Assembly (NCBI GenBank): GCA_002385545.1
Contig: DGDR01000038.1
Location: 1,793 to 65,792 of the forward strand
Source: Clostridium sp. UBA3947
Lineage (GTDB): Bacteria; Bacillota; Clostridia; Clostridiales; Clostridiaceae
Length of the DNA stretch: 64,000 bases
Direction of reading: 5' to 3'
Position 1 is the stretch's first letter, and each line of letters starts with the position of its first letter. Positions 1 through 8,819 of this stretch are shown here, in pieces. Below the pieces are notes generated by a model, which was given only the letters and a program-made list of their open reading frames with translations, ran no database searches and was not told where the DNA came from. Both the position numbers and the translations under genes were made by a program.

Positions 1-32
1 TTTCTTAGCTAAAAAAATACTTATACATAAAT

Positions 33-73
33 ATCTGTTGCACATCTAGACAATGGTTGGTTGCAAAACAGAT
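33..73. repeat. Degenerate copy of the palindromic repeat
   Basis: ATCTGTTGCACA...GGTTGGTTGCAAAACAGAT, similar to the 11341 copy. Confidence 0.5.
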
Positions 74-89
74 TTTGATTGTAAAATAA

Positions 90-109
90 AGAGACCCTAA
101 TGGGTCTCT
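90..109 (-). terminator. Intrinsic terminator downstream of panT
   Basis: AGAGACCC-TAAT-GGGTCTCT hairpin just past the panT stop, with a T-rich tail on the minus strand. Confidence 0.7.
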
Positions 110-113
110 AAGC

Positions 114-722
114 CTAATCTTGTCTACTTTTATTAATTTGATTAATTGAAAGAACAATAGGAGTTACAAGCAATATAGCTAATACAGCTTCTAATAGTCC
201 ATTTACAGCTCCCGCTCCAAAGAAAGCCTTCCCTGTTACACCTTTGGCCGAGATGTATCTTTCTAAGTATAATATGTAAATCATACCTAGAACTCCAACG
301 GTGTTAGTTAGTGAACCAACAGCGGCTCCAATAGCAACCCCAATAGCATTTCCTATAGATCCCCCTATACGTTTACCAAGTTTTGAAATATACTTGTACA
401 CATAAAATGGAACAATTCCTATCAAAATCCTTGGTAAAACCGATACTAAAGGATTATAAAATGCAAAGGACACTACAGTAGGATTGACAATATTTTGATA
501 AATGCTAAACAATCCAAAGATTAACCCTATAAAGGCTCCTGCTAAAGGTCCTAACAATATTGAGCCAATAATTACTGGTAGGTGCATAATAGTGAGTTTA
601 AATGGTTGAATTGGGATAAATCCCAAACCGGAAAGTCCCATTACTATAGATATAGACGATAGTAATCCAACTTTCACCATCATGTTTGTGCTAATTCTTC
701 TTGATGCATTTTGATTTAACAT
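114..722 (-). CDS. panT: ECF transporter S component, PanT-like (pantothenate)
   Basis: Hydrophobic 202 aa protein with LGFIPI..FKLTIMHLPVIIGSILLGP and SVLPRILIG motifs typical of PanT/COG4684; RBS GAGGAGG. Confidence 0.8.
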   Translation of the reverse strand: MLNQNASRRISTNMMVKVGLLSSISIVMGLSGLGFIPIQPFKLTIMHLPVIIGSILLGPLAGAFIGLIFGLFSIYQNIVNPTVVSFAFYNPLVSVLPRILIGIVPFYVYKYISKLGKRIGGSIGNAIGVAIGAAVGSLTNTVGVLGMIYILYLERYISAKGVTGKAFFGAGAVNGLLEAVLAILLVTPIVLSINQINKSRQD

Positions 723-738
723 TTGATTCCTCCTCGCT

Positions 739-822
739 CTTATTCCCTTTTGGGATATAAGTCGTATTTTTGATTGATAATTTTTTAACGTTCAGTTTCC
801 CACTTATGTTTAGGAATACCGA
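739..822 (-). ncRNA. Tandem bulged-A hairpins in the panT 5' UTR (pan-motif-like cis element)
   Basis: Minus-strand RNA: UCGGU[A]UUCCU...GGGAAACUGA (822-792) and CUUAU[A]UCCC-AAAA-GGGAAUAAG (761-739). Both have a single 5'-side bulged A. They lie downstream of a TTGAAA-16-TGaTAAAAT promoter. Confidence 0.55.
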
Positions 823-968
823 CAAGGTTTATTTTATCATGTCGACAGAATTTTTCAATAGTAAATTTTATAGTAATAAGATTTAAGTAAAGGAAATATA
901 CTGTAAAATGCAGCTCTAAGTAGAGTTTTAGCAGATTTGAAACTAAAAAATACATATGGGAGGTAGAT

Positions 969-2075
969 ATGAATAAGAATAATGGTTTTAAGCTAAAAAA
1001 GAAAGAAACTATTTTATGTTTAATATTATTATTAATGCTTTTATATAGTACTCCCCTATTAAAAATTAAAATTAACAGATATAGGACTCTTAGCTCCCTC
1101 AAAGTACTTAGTCAGGACGGAGTATATCTTATGACCTATAAACTAGATTATAAATTGGACAATTACTTAAAGGTTGGCTCAGAGGATATTAAGGAATTAT
1201 TTAATTTCATAGATAAAACCACTGCTGTTCCCTTTACCAGCAATGATAGTACCGCAGTATATGCTCCAGAAATTAAAGATACTGCAACTTATTATGAGGC
1301 TGAAGAATGTAGTGCCTTTTCTACCTTTGATAATAAGGGCTGTATGCTCTTTGCTAGAAACTTAGACTTAAAGGGAAAACATCCAGTACTTGCTCTCTAT
1401 ACTAATCCTTCACAAGGTTACTCTTCCATCTCCATAGTTGAACTCACCACCTTAGGCTTAACTAATGATAATGATAAGCTGCTTGTGTCTTTAAAGAGAT
1501 ACCAGGGAAGGTCTCCTTTATTACGGGCTCCCTATGTACCCCGAGATGGAATGAATGAAAAGGGTCTAGTAGTGGCTACTTTAAATGTACCTAATGAAAA
1601 AGTAGAATATGATAGCTCTAAACCTATATTAGGTCGGTGGCAGGTGCTTAGATTATTACTAGATAAGGCAGCTACCGTTGAAGAAGCTTTAGCACAAATG
1701 AAAAACTATAATTGCTTCGATGGTTCTGTTCACTTCTTTATTGCTGATGCCTTGGGTAATTCTGTTGTAGTTGAGTATATAAGTGGTGAAATGAAAGTAA
1801 TCAGTTCAGAGGAAAGCTTTCAAGTTGTCACAAATTTTTATTTATCTGATAAAGAAAGGCCAGGGAAAGGTAAGGAGAGATATAATACTGCTTATAATAT
1901 GCTTAGCTCCAACAAAAGCAATATAGATGAGATAGCTGCTATGGATATCCTAAGAGCAGTAAAGGAAGATTCTACCGTATATTCTATAATATATAATCAA
2001 GGAACCGGTAATGTTTATCTAGCGTATAATGGTAACTATAATAGTGTTTATAAATTTAATATAAAATTAAAATAA
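969..2075 (+). CDS. Ntn-hydrolase, linear amide C-N hydrolase / choloylglycine hydrolase-like, with N-terminal anchor
   Basis: Internal Cys nucleophile E-E-C-S-A-F, ARNLD, DGMNEKGLVVATL, VHFFIADALGNSVVVEY, VVTNF motifs; hydrophobic N-terminus; RBS GGGAGG. Confidence 0.8.
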   Translation: MNKNNGFKLKKKETILCLILLLMLLYSTPLLKIKINRYRTLSSLKVLSQDGVYLMTYKLDYKLDNYLKVGSEDIKELFNFIDKTTAVPFTSNDSTAVYAPEIKDTATYYEAEECSAFSTFDNKGCMLFARNLDLKGKHPVLALYTNPSQGYSSISIVELTTLGLTNDNDKLLVSLKRYQGRSPLLRAPYVPRDGMNEKGLVVATLNVPNEKVEYDSSKPILGRWQVLRLLLDKAATVEEALAQMKNYNCFDGSVHFFIADALGNSVVVEYISGEMKVISSEESFQVVTNFYLSDKERPGKGKERYNTAYNMLSSNKSNIDEIAAMDILRAVKEDSTVYSIIYNQGTGNVYLAYNGNYNSVYKFNIKLK

Positions 2076-2137
2076 GTGTTATATAACTTTTAGCCCCTGT
2101 CATATATTAACATATAATTATCTTATAGGAGGTCCTA

Positions 2138-2362
2138 TTGATGTATGGTGATGACTTAATTCAAGAAATGATTGAAGGCTTACAGCAAAATGGAGAAATC
2201 CGATTAACTGACGGCATACGAGAAATAAGTATACAAGCCTATGAGGATGATGAATCCATCTATGTAAGCAATACTAATAAGGAATTTGATGATGCTGAGG
2301 AAGCAATTCAATGGGCTGTGGAGCAATTTGGAGGAATAGAAAATGTGGAAGAATGGGAGTAG
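2138..2362 (+). CDS. Small, very acidic hypothetical protein
   Basis: RBS AGGAGG upstream (TTG 2138 or ATG 2141), protein-like composition, followed by a terminator; 21 D/E versus 3 K/R in 74 aa. Confidence 0.8.
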   Translation: MMYGDDLIQEMIEGLQQNGEIRLTDGIREISIQAYEDDESIYVSNTNKEFDDAEEAIQWAVEQFGGIENVEEWE

Positions 2363-2394
2363 TTTTTAGCAGCTATAAAAAATCATATATAACT

Positions 2395-2428
2395 AAGGCT
2401 TGTTCTTAGCAAACTAAGAACAAGCCTT
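2395..2428. terminator. Bidirectional intrinsic terminator
   Basis: AAGGCTTGTTCTTAG-CAAA-CTAAGAACAAGCCTT between convergent genes. Confidence 0.85.
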
Positions 2429-2437
2429 TTGTTTGAA

Positions 2438-3127
2438 TTATCTTCTATTTTTAAGTAGCTTTAAGAGGTATAGAAAAATATTTATAAAGTCAAGATATAA
2501 ATTTAAAGCAGCAATAATTGCATACTTGTTTCTATATGTTTCGTCATAGGCGTAAGCACTTTGATGAAAATACTTAATCTTTTGCATATCATATGCTGTT
2601 AAACCACAGAATATTGCAATACCTAATAGAGCTATGAATCTGTTCATACCATTGAAGGCACTAGGTATTATTATATTTACAATTCCAATTAAGAGAAGAC
2701 CTATTACTCCCATCATTAAAACTCTGCCTAAAACAGTCAAATCCTTCTTAGTAGTCATACCTATCATAGCTGAGCAGAAGAACATTAGTGAGCATAAACC
2801 AAAGGCTACAGATACGGTACCAAGTCCATAAGAGTAAAATACAATACTTAAAGTAAAGCCGTTCAATAATGAATATACAAAGAACCAAGCTCTAGCAGCA
2901 GTAATGCTAAGTCTATCAATTCTTTTGCTTAGATACCATACCACCACCAATTCTAAAATCAATCCTACAAATATAAATGGTATTATTGATATCAATAATT
3001 TTTCATTAGTTGTGATAAAAAGCTGAGTTCCTACTGCCATAGCAAAGGTTACCAATAAACCTAAAGCCATAATTAGCAAGGTTTTAGTTATAAAATTACT
3101 TTCACTCTTTACATACAAATTTTCCAC
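2438..3127 (-). CDS. Bax inhibitor-1/YccA family membrane protein
   Basis: Seven hydrophobic segments, GLTAYDMQKIK and AALNLYLDFINIFLYLL signatures. Confidence 0.92.
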   Translation of the reverse strand: MENLYVKSESNFITKTLLIMALGLLVTFAMAVGTQLFITTNEKLLISIIPFIFVGLILELVVVWYLSKRIDRLSITAARAWFFVYSLLNGFTLSIVFYSYGLGTVSVAFGLCSLMFFCSAMIGMTTKKDLTVLGRVLMMGVIGLLLIGIVNIIIPSAFNGMNRFIALLGIAIFCGLTAYDMQKIKYFHQSAYAYDETYRNKYAIIAALNLYLDFINIFLYLLKLLKNRR

Positions 3128-3211
3128 AATATCACCTTCTTTTCAAAATTATAAAACTATTATAACATATAATCTCATATTAATAAACTTTGGTAGTAAA
3201 ATTCTAGCAAA

Positions 3212-5836
3212 TCATTGAATCATATCTAAATTTATTGTCTCTTTTAATGGAAGCTTTCTACAAGTAAAAATCATAACTTGATGGTCCTTAGAATACTCTT
3301 GTAAAAACTTCATAACATTATTTAGTCTATGCTCATCATACTGTATAAAGGTGTCATCCAAAAAAACCGGTATACTTTTCCCCTTAAATATTAAATTGCA
3401 TAGGGCTAACCGTAAGGAGAAGTAAACCTGATCAAAGGTACCACCGCTGAGAAAATCTAAGCATCTTAAGGATTCCTCATGCTGGACTTTTATTTCATAA
3501 TTATTCATAGGCGAAACCGTTACCTTATTATACTTGCCTGCTGTAACCTTAGCTAATATATTTGCAACTTCTGTATTTAGGCTAGGAATGAAATTGCTTT
3601 GTACCTCTTGGAAGGCCTCTTCTAATACATTGGAAGCTATGTCAGAAGCTTCATATAGTTTTTTTAGTTTTGCTATTTGCTCTCTACATTGCTCAAGCTC
3701 CTCCTCTACTATCCAAAGCTCCCTCTTATTATTAAATCTAGTTTCTATTTTATGTTCTATATCCTTTTTAAATTCTTTGCCTACAGTAATCTCTCTATTT
3801 AGGCTCGCTATTTCTTCGTCTAAGCAATCTATAAGATTAGTAAGCCTTTTACTTTCCTCCTCTTGACTTATTCTTAGACTTTCTAGCACTTCTTTTACGT
3901 TCTCTATAAAGGTTTCATAATAAACTATATTATTATCTTTAGTGCTATCAAAGGTCTTGAATCTAGATAAATAATACTTAAGTTCCTTTTCTGCACTGGT
4001 TAAGGTTTCATATTTCTTTTCCATTTCATCTTTCTTATTCTTATATTGGTCCTGTAGCTTAAATACAGTAAATTGAATATCATTATATACCTTTAAGCCT
4101 TGGAAAAAGTCATCTAAGTCAGCACAATTACACTGGCTAAAGATTTTTAAAAAGTACTTTTCTATTTTATCTATAGCTTCCTCTGCTTTTATGGCTTTTA
4201 ATTTTTCAAGCTGTTTTTCTTTCACTAAAATATTACCCTTAATTCCTTCTATGGTACTAATGGTGCTTCTACAACCGTCTAGCTTAGTCTTTAGGTCCAT
4301 ATAACTCTTAACCTGATATTTATTATATAAGTCCATCAGCTTCTGTTCTACTTCTTCCTTTTCTTTTAATATAAGCTCAATTTCCTCTGAAGCCTTTTTA
4401 GTCAATGCCAGTAGTTGACTATTTGCCTTTTTATATTGGCTATAGCCATATATTGCTGTTAATAGTCCTACTAGCCCAATAATAACTGCTGGCAAGCTCT
4501 TAGAAATTCCTCCATATATCATTGCCAAACTCATCAAAAAACCTGCTAACATCAAGAACCTAAAATTACTGCTCTTATCCTTTAAAATATCCCTTTTTAT
4601 CTCCTTGTTATCCTTTAATTGCTCTGCCTCTATAGCATGGGACAGACTTTGCAACCTTTCCTCAAGCTTTATTAGATTATTTTCTTCCTCAGTAGTTATA
4701 TCTATAAGTTTTCCATCCTCTTTGAGTTCATTGTTAAGATATGCTATACGTCCTTGAAGGGCTCTTACTTCATCCTGTAGCAAGGACTGCTGCTGAAGAA
4801 TTCCCTCTAATTCCTTTTTTTCAACCGCTAAGGTATTAATCTTCCTTTCAATATTCTCTTCTAAACCTTGAAAACCTTCATAGTGCTTAAGTTCTGCTAG
4901 TTCTATATCTAGCAATCCCTTTAGTTTATTCCCTTCCTCCTCTGAGGTTTTAAAAGCTTCATATCTTTCTTTATATATGACATAGACCTCTGTAGCCTTG
5001 TATATCAATTCTTCTGCTTCCTTTATAGTTCCCTCAAAATATTTCTCTTTGAATTTTCTTTCTTCCTCACTAGGAAGGGAAGAATTTTTAAATTCATTCT
5101 TTCGTTTTAAGGCCTGTTCTAAATTATGCTCTAAAATTTGAATTTTATTCAAGGATTCTTGAAGATATTTGCTATCTTCTATGTTGCTTTGGTGTAAGGC
5201 TTCTAGCTCCTGCTGTTCAATTCTTAAAGTCATAATTTTATCTTCTAATATATCAAGCTTTCCTTGCTTTCTAGAACCCCTTAATGATTTTTTATAGTTT
5301 TCTAGGGCAATTCTTGCCTTATTATACGAAAGATCCTCTTGTCCACTCTCCTGTATATTTGAGAGTTTTTTCATGATTTCATCTTCCTTATCCATAGCAA
5401 CCTTTGCACCTAACTGCTTAATGAACAAGGTTTTTTCAAAGGCATCTTCCCCAAGACCAAATATCTCTTTTCCTGGCTGGTAATTATCCAAAAATACAGC
5501 CTCTTGACCAGTAATAAAATTATAAATAGTTGTGTTATCCTCTTTTTTTAGAGTTCCGAAACTTCTGTCAATGACATATTCCTTTCCATTCTCATCTTGA
5601 AAGATCAGCTGTCCTCCAGCTCGGGTGTCATTCCAAGGAATAAATCTCTTCCGCTCGTTATCGGCAATAGCCCTCTTCTGTGAATTCATACCATAGAACA
5701 TGGCCTTTAAAAAATGCTGTATAGTGCTCTTTCCTGACTCATTGCTTCCATATATAATATTGAGCCCATCTTGAAATTCCAAATTTAAATTTTTTAATTT
5801 TCCAAAGCTCTTAATATATATGCTCCTAATCTTCAT
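3212..5836 (-). CDS. yhaN: Rad50/SbcC-like SMC ATPase (YhaN/SbcE family) with internal transmembrane hairpin
   Basis: Walker A GSNESGKST, long coiled coils, LSGG signature, Walker B VFLDDTF, IFTC H-loop variant; overlaps the upstream phosphoesterase. Confidence 0.85.
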   Translation of the reverse strand: MKIRSIYIKSFGKLKNLNLEFQDGLNIIYGSNESGKSTIQHFLKAMFYGMNSQKRAIADNERKRFIPWNDTRAGGQLIFQDENGKEYVIDRSFGTLKKEDNTTIYNFITGQEAVFLDNYQPGKEIFGLGEDAFEKTLFIKQLGAKVAMDKEDEIMKKLSNIQESGQEDLSYNKARIALENYKKSLRGSRKQGKLDILEDKIMTLRIEQQELEALHQSNIEDSKYLQESLNKIQILEHNLEQALKRKNEFKNSSLPSEEERKFKEKYFEGTIKEAEELIYKATEVYVIYKERYEAFKTSEEEGNKLKGLLDIELAELKHYEGFQGLEENIERKINTLAVEKKELEGILQQQSLLQDEVRALQGRIAYLNNELKEDGKLIDITTEEENNLIKLEERLQSLSHAIEAEQLKDNKEIKRDILKDKSSNFRFLMLAGFLMSLAMIYGGISKSLPAVIIGLVGLLTAIYGYSQYKKANSQLLALTKKASEEIELILKEKEEVEQKLMDLYNKYQVKSYMDLKTKLDGCRSTISTIEGIKGNILVKEKQLEKLKAIKAEEAIDKIEKYFLKIFSQCNCADLDDFFQGLKVYNDIQFTVFKLQDQYKNKKDEMEKKYETLTSAEKELKYYLSRFKTFDSTKDNNIVYYETFIENVKEVLESLRISQEEESKRLTNLIDCLDEEIASLNREITVGKEFKKDIEHKIETRFNNKRELWIVEEELEQCREQIAKLKKLYEASDIASNVLEEAFQEVQSNFIPSLNTEVANILAKVTAGKYNKVTVSPMNNYEIKVQHEESLRCLDFLSGGTFDQVYFSLRLALCNLIFKGKSIPVFLDDTFIQYDEHRLNNVMKFLQEYSKDHQVMIFTCRKLPLKETINLDMIQ

Positions 5837-6995
5837 GGTTTCTCACCTGCCTATAGTCTAGGGCTTCCAAGCCTATTCTTAATGCTAGTCTTAGCTTATC
5901 TTCCTCTTCTTTACTTTTTGCTAAGCTTATCCTTTCCAGCATCTTCTTAACAAAGACTCCCTTAAGATTGAATTCTTCTGCCAAAGCATTGTAATCTATT
6001 TTTACTTCAGATAAATCTACAATTTTAGCATAATAGAAATTTTCCTGTAATTTTTCCTCCAACACTGACTTATTTATAATAAATTCTTCATCAATTTCTC
6101 CCTGTAGAATTATTTTATATATGTCTCTTTTAATATTATCTAATATTTCAGCCTTATCCTGTCCTTCATCATGTAACCCAAGCTTTTTATTTATAGCTAA
6201 AATAATATCATCATAATTTTCAGCTTCAGAAATATCTACCTCTAATACCTGTATACGTCTTTTGCAGATTTCTTGAAATTCTAATTTTGCATAACCCTTT
6301 CCGATTTCTCCTATAACTATGCCTTTAGGACCAAGCTCATCAAAACCTCTTCCTTCAGCACAACCTGAATAAGACCAATAGGTATTACCCTTGCGCTGGA
6401 TTCCTGAAAATTGATGAATATGTCCTAAGGCTAAGTAATCCAATCCACTATTATAAATGTCTGACTCTGTGATGGGATTATAAGCAGAGCTGCCATTTCC
6501 CTGTATCACATCTCCATGAAGCACCATAATATTAAGCTTTGCAGGGTCTTCTACGGTAAAGTTTCTTAGGAAACCTTCCCTTTCATAGCTACTGCCAAAG
6601 GATCTTCCATATACCCTTAGGCCTAGTTCCTCTATCTCAACTTTTTCCATGTCAGTGCTAAAAATATGTACATTGTCCGGCCAGCTTACAGTCTTATAAT
6701 AGCTATTGCTGTTTAATGGATCATGATTGCCAGCACTAATAAAAATATGAATAGGTTGTGCCTGCTCAAAAAGCCTTTTCATAGTACTTATGGTTTCATA
6801 GGTTACAGTGGAATTGTCAAAAATATCGCCAGCTATTAATATTAGCTGTACTCCTTCATCCTTAGCCAATCTGATTATATTAGTAAAGGTTTCTCTAAGA
6901 TCTTCTTTTCTTTTTTCTGCCATGTCTTTTTCATATTCCTTAAAGGGAGTATCAAAATGAAAATCACTACAATGTATTATTTTTACTGTGTTCAT
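5826..6995 (-). CDS. yhaO: Mre11/SbcD-like metallophosphoesterase nuclease (YhaO family)
   Basis: SDFH, AGDIFD, AGNHD, VLHG, LGHIH motifs; likely start is the ATG at 6995 (RBS GGAGG), not 7055. Confidence 0.88.
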   Translation of the reverse strand: MNTVKIIHCSDFHFDTPFKEYEKDMAEKRKEDLRETFTNIIRLAKDEGVQLILIAGDIFDNSTVTYETISTMKRLFEQAQPIHIFISAGNHDPLNSNSYYKTVSWPDNVHIFSTDMEKVEIEELGLRVYGRSFGSSYEREGFLRNFTVEDPAKLNIMVLHGDVIQGNGSSAYNPITESDIYNSGLDYLALGHIHQFSGIQRKGNTYWSYSGCAEGRGFDELGPKGIVIGEIGKGYAKLEFQEICKRRIQVLEVDISEAENYDDIILAINKKLGLHDEGQDKAEILDNIKRDIYKIILQGEIDEEFIINKSVLEEKLQENFYYAKIVDLSEVKIDYNALAEEFNLKGVFVKKMLERISLAKSKEEEDKLRLALRIGLEALDYRQVRNHED

Positions 6996-7063
6996 AAACG
7001 CCTCCAAACCTAAAATTAATGAGGTACCAAAAGGCACCTCCTTAGCAGTTTGCATTTAATTAA

Positions 7064-7636
7064 TTATATTATACTTTCTAGCAGCTTCTCAATTTTTTCA
7101 ATTGTTTCTTCAGCGCTACCATTATTATCTATTACATAATTACACTTTATGGTAGAAAAAACTTCTCTATCATGCTTTATTCTTCTTTCTACTTCCTCTT
7201 CCGCCTTTTTCAGGCTAGCCTCATCAAGTTTTTTATTTCCTTTTAGATGTCTATTAAGAATCCTTTCCTTTCTGATTGCTTCGTCTACCTCAATATAAAT
7301 AAATGTTAACTTAGCATCTGTAACCAATCTCTCTAATTCAATGACACCCACTGGATCTATAGTATAAAAGGATATTCCTTTACCTCTATATTGACTTCTA
7401 GTAGCGAAATAATGATGATTATCAAAAAAAGTATAGGCTATCATCTCATCCTTATATTTTTCTATATCATCCTTTGAGATAAATACGTGTCCTGTTTCAT
7501 TTTCAAATCTTTTAGGCCTGTCGGTATAGCTTTCAATAACGTTAAAGCCTTTTTCTCTAAAGTGCTGGAGTAATGTAGTCTTCCCACTACCTGACTTCCC
7601 TATTAATCCAATGATATGATCAGCTTTATTCCTCAT
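7064..7636 (-). CDS. Divergent guanylate kinase-like NMP kinase
   Basis: P-loop GKSGSGKT, SYTDRPKR (Gmk TTRxPR-like), YTFFDNHHY, IDNNGS; RBS GGAGG before the ATG at 7636. Confidence 0.75.
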   Translation of the reverse strand: MRNKADHIIGLIGKSGSGKTTLLQHFREKGFNVIESYTDRPKRFENETGHVFISKDDIEKYKDEMIAYTFFDNHHYFATRSQYRGKGISFYTIDPVGVIELERLVTDAKLTFIYIEVDEAIRKERILNRHLKGNKKLDEASLKKAEEEVERRIKHDREVFSTIKCNYVIDNNGSAEETIEKIEKLLESII

Positions 7637-7763
7637 TTTTACTACCTCCAAGCTTTATTGATATATCTCCGTCCTATATATCTATCATATCATCATACAG
7701 GGAATTATGTAAAGGTTAACTAAGGATTTTAAGCTATAGACCACAGAAATCCTATTGGAATCT

Positions 7764-7806
7764 TAGCAAAAAATGCTAACCTTATATTGTTAGCATTTTT
7801 TACTAA
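7764..7806 (-). terminator. Terminator after yhaM
   Basis: AAAAAATGCTAAC-CTTATATT-GTTAGCATTTTTT hairpin, extendable to TTAG/CTAA. Confidence 0.75.
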
Positions 7807-7817
7807 GAATATATAAT

Positions 7818-8723
7818 TTAATAATATAGCCTACTACCAATCCTTCTATCATAATCAGACCAAGTATCTGGTTCCAACAAGTCTTTGATTTGCCCAATTT
7901 TGTTCATAGTAGCATCCACATAATCTGCAAAGTGAACTATATAGGCCTCCTCTGTGTTAGGCGCCTTAGGAGAGCCGTACTCAACCTTTCCATGATGTTG
8001 CACTATACAACCCCTTAAACGATGTTTAAAGTCTTCACTATAAATATTCCCACCAGCTTTAAAGGCCTCTTCAATCATACCCATACCTATTACAATATGC
8101 CCTTCCATTTCACCTCTCATGGTAACTTTAAAGGGTCCCTCCGTATAATATTCCTCAATTTTACCAATATCATGAAGCTTTGCAGCTAAAATAGCTATTT
8201 CCTTAAAGCGACAATCGTATCTATAAGCCAACATCTTGGTTAGATATACCACATTTAGTGTATGCTCTAGCAAGCCACCTCGATAATTATGATGTTGATT
8301 TAAACCACCAATACCATATTTAAATCTTTTAACAAAGTCTGGATTAGAAAAAAAATACTGATTTAAACTTTGACTTTCCTTTGACTTGAATTCTTCTGAG
8401 GTTATATCCTCTAGCTCTTGCATTAATTCATCTATAGGTCTACTTATAGATGGGAGAAAGTCATCTAGCTTGTAATTCTTTTCTAGTTTAAACTCGGAAG
8501 CCTTAAGGATTCCATCCTTTGTCCCTTTTATAGTTATTACATCTCCTACTTTTATACTATTGCTTTTATTGCAAATTAAAGCCCTCATTTCACCAGTTTT
8601 ATCACCTATAAAGGCTGTTACATTTTCTCCATCAAAAGCTAGCTTTTTCATTACCATGAAGGTATCATTAACCTTAGCCCCATCTTTTATATCTTTAATA
8701 AATAGCCGCTTCAAAAATATCAC
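7818..8723 (-). CDS. yhaM: YhaM/Cbf1-family 3'-5' exoribonuclease (short OB fold + HD)
   Basis: HHNYRGGLLEHT, LHDIGK, EGHIVIG, HHGKVEYGSP, HFADYVDA; start may be the TTG at 8714. Confidence 0.85.
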   Translation of the reverse strand: MIFLKRLFIKDIKDGAKVNDTFMVMKKLAFDGENVTAFIGDKTGEMRALICNKSNSIKVGDVITIKGTKDGILKASEFKLEKNYKLDDFLPSISRPIDELMQELEDITSEEFKSKESQSLNQYFFSNPDFVKRFKYGIGGLNQHHNYRGGLLEHTLNVVYLTKMLAYRYDCRFKEIAILAAKLHDIGKIEEYYTEGPFKVTMRGEMEGHIVIGMGMIEEAFKAGGNIYSEDFKHRLRGCIVQHHGKVEYGSPKAPNTEEAYIVHFADYVDATMNKIGQIKDLLEPDTWSDYDRRIGSRLYY

Positions 8724-8819
8724 CTCTCATCAAGAAACTCGAATTTATTTTTTCCTATGAGCGGTGATTTTATAAATTTTCTATTTAATAAAGAAGGGAG
8801 ACTCAAAGTCTCCCATTTA

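Noticed and set aside
785-1102. 105-aa minus-strand ORF in the track
   Set aside because: Antisense overlap with the Ntn hydrolase start and the panT promoter, no RBS, composition typical of AT-rich shadow ORFs
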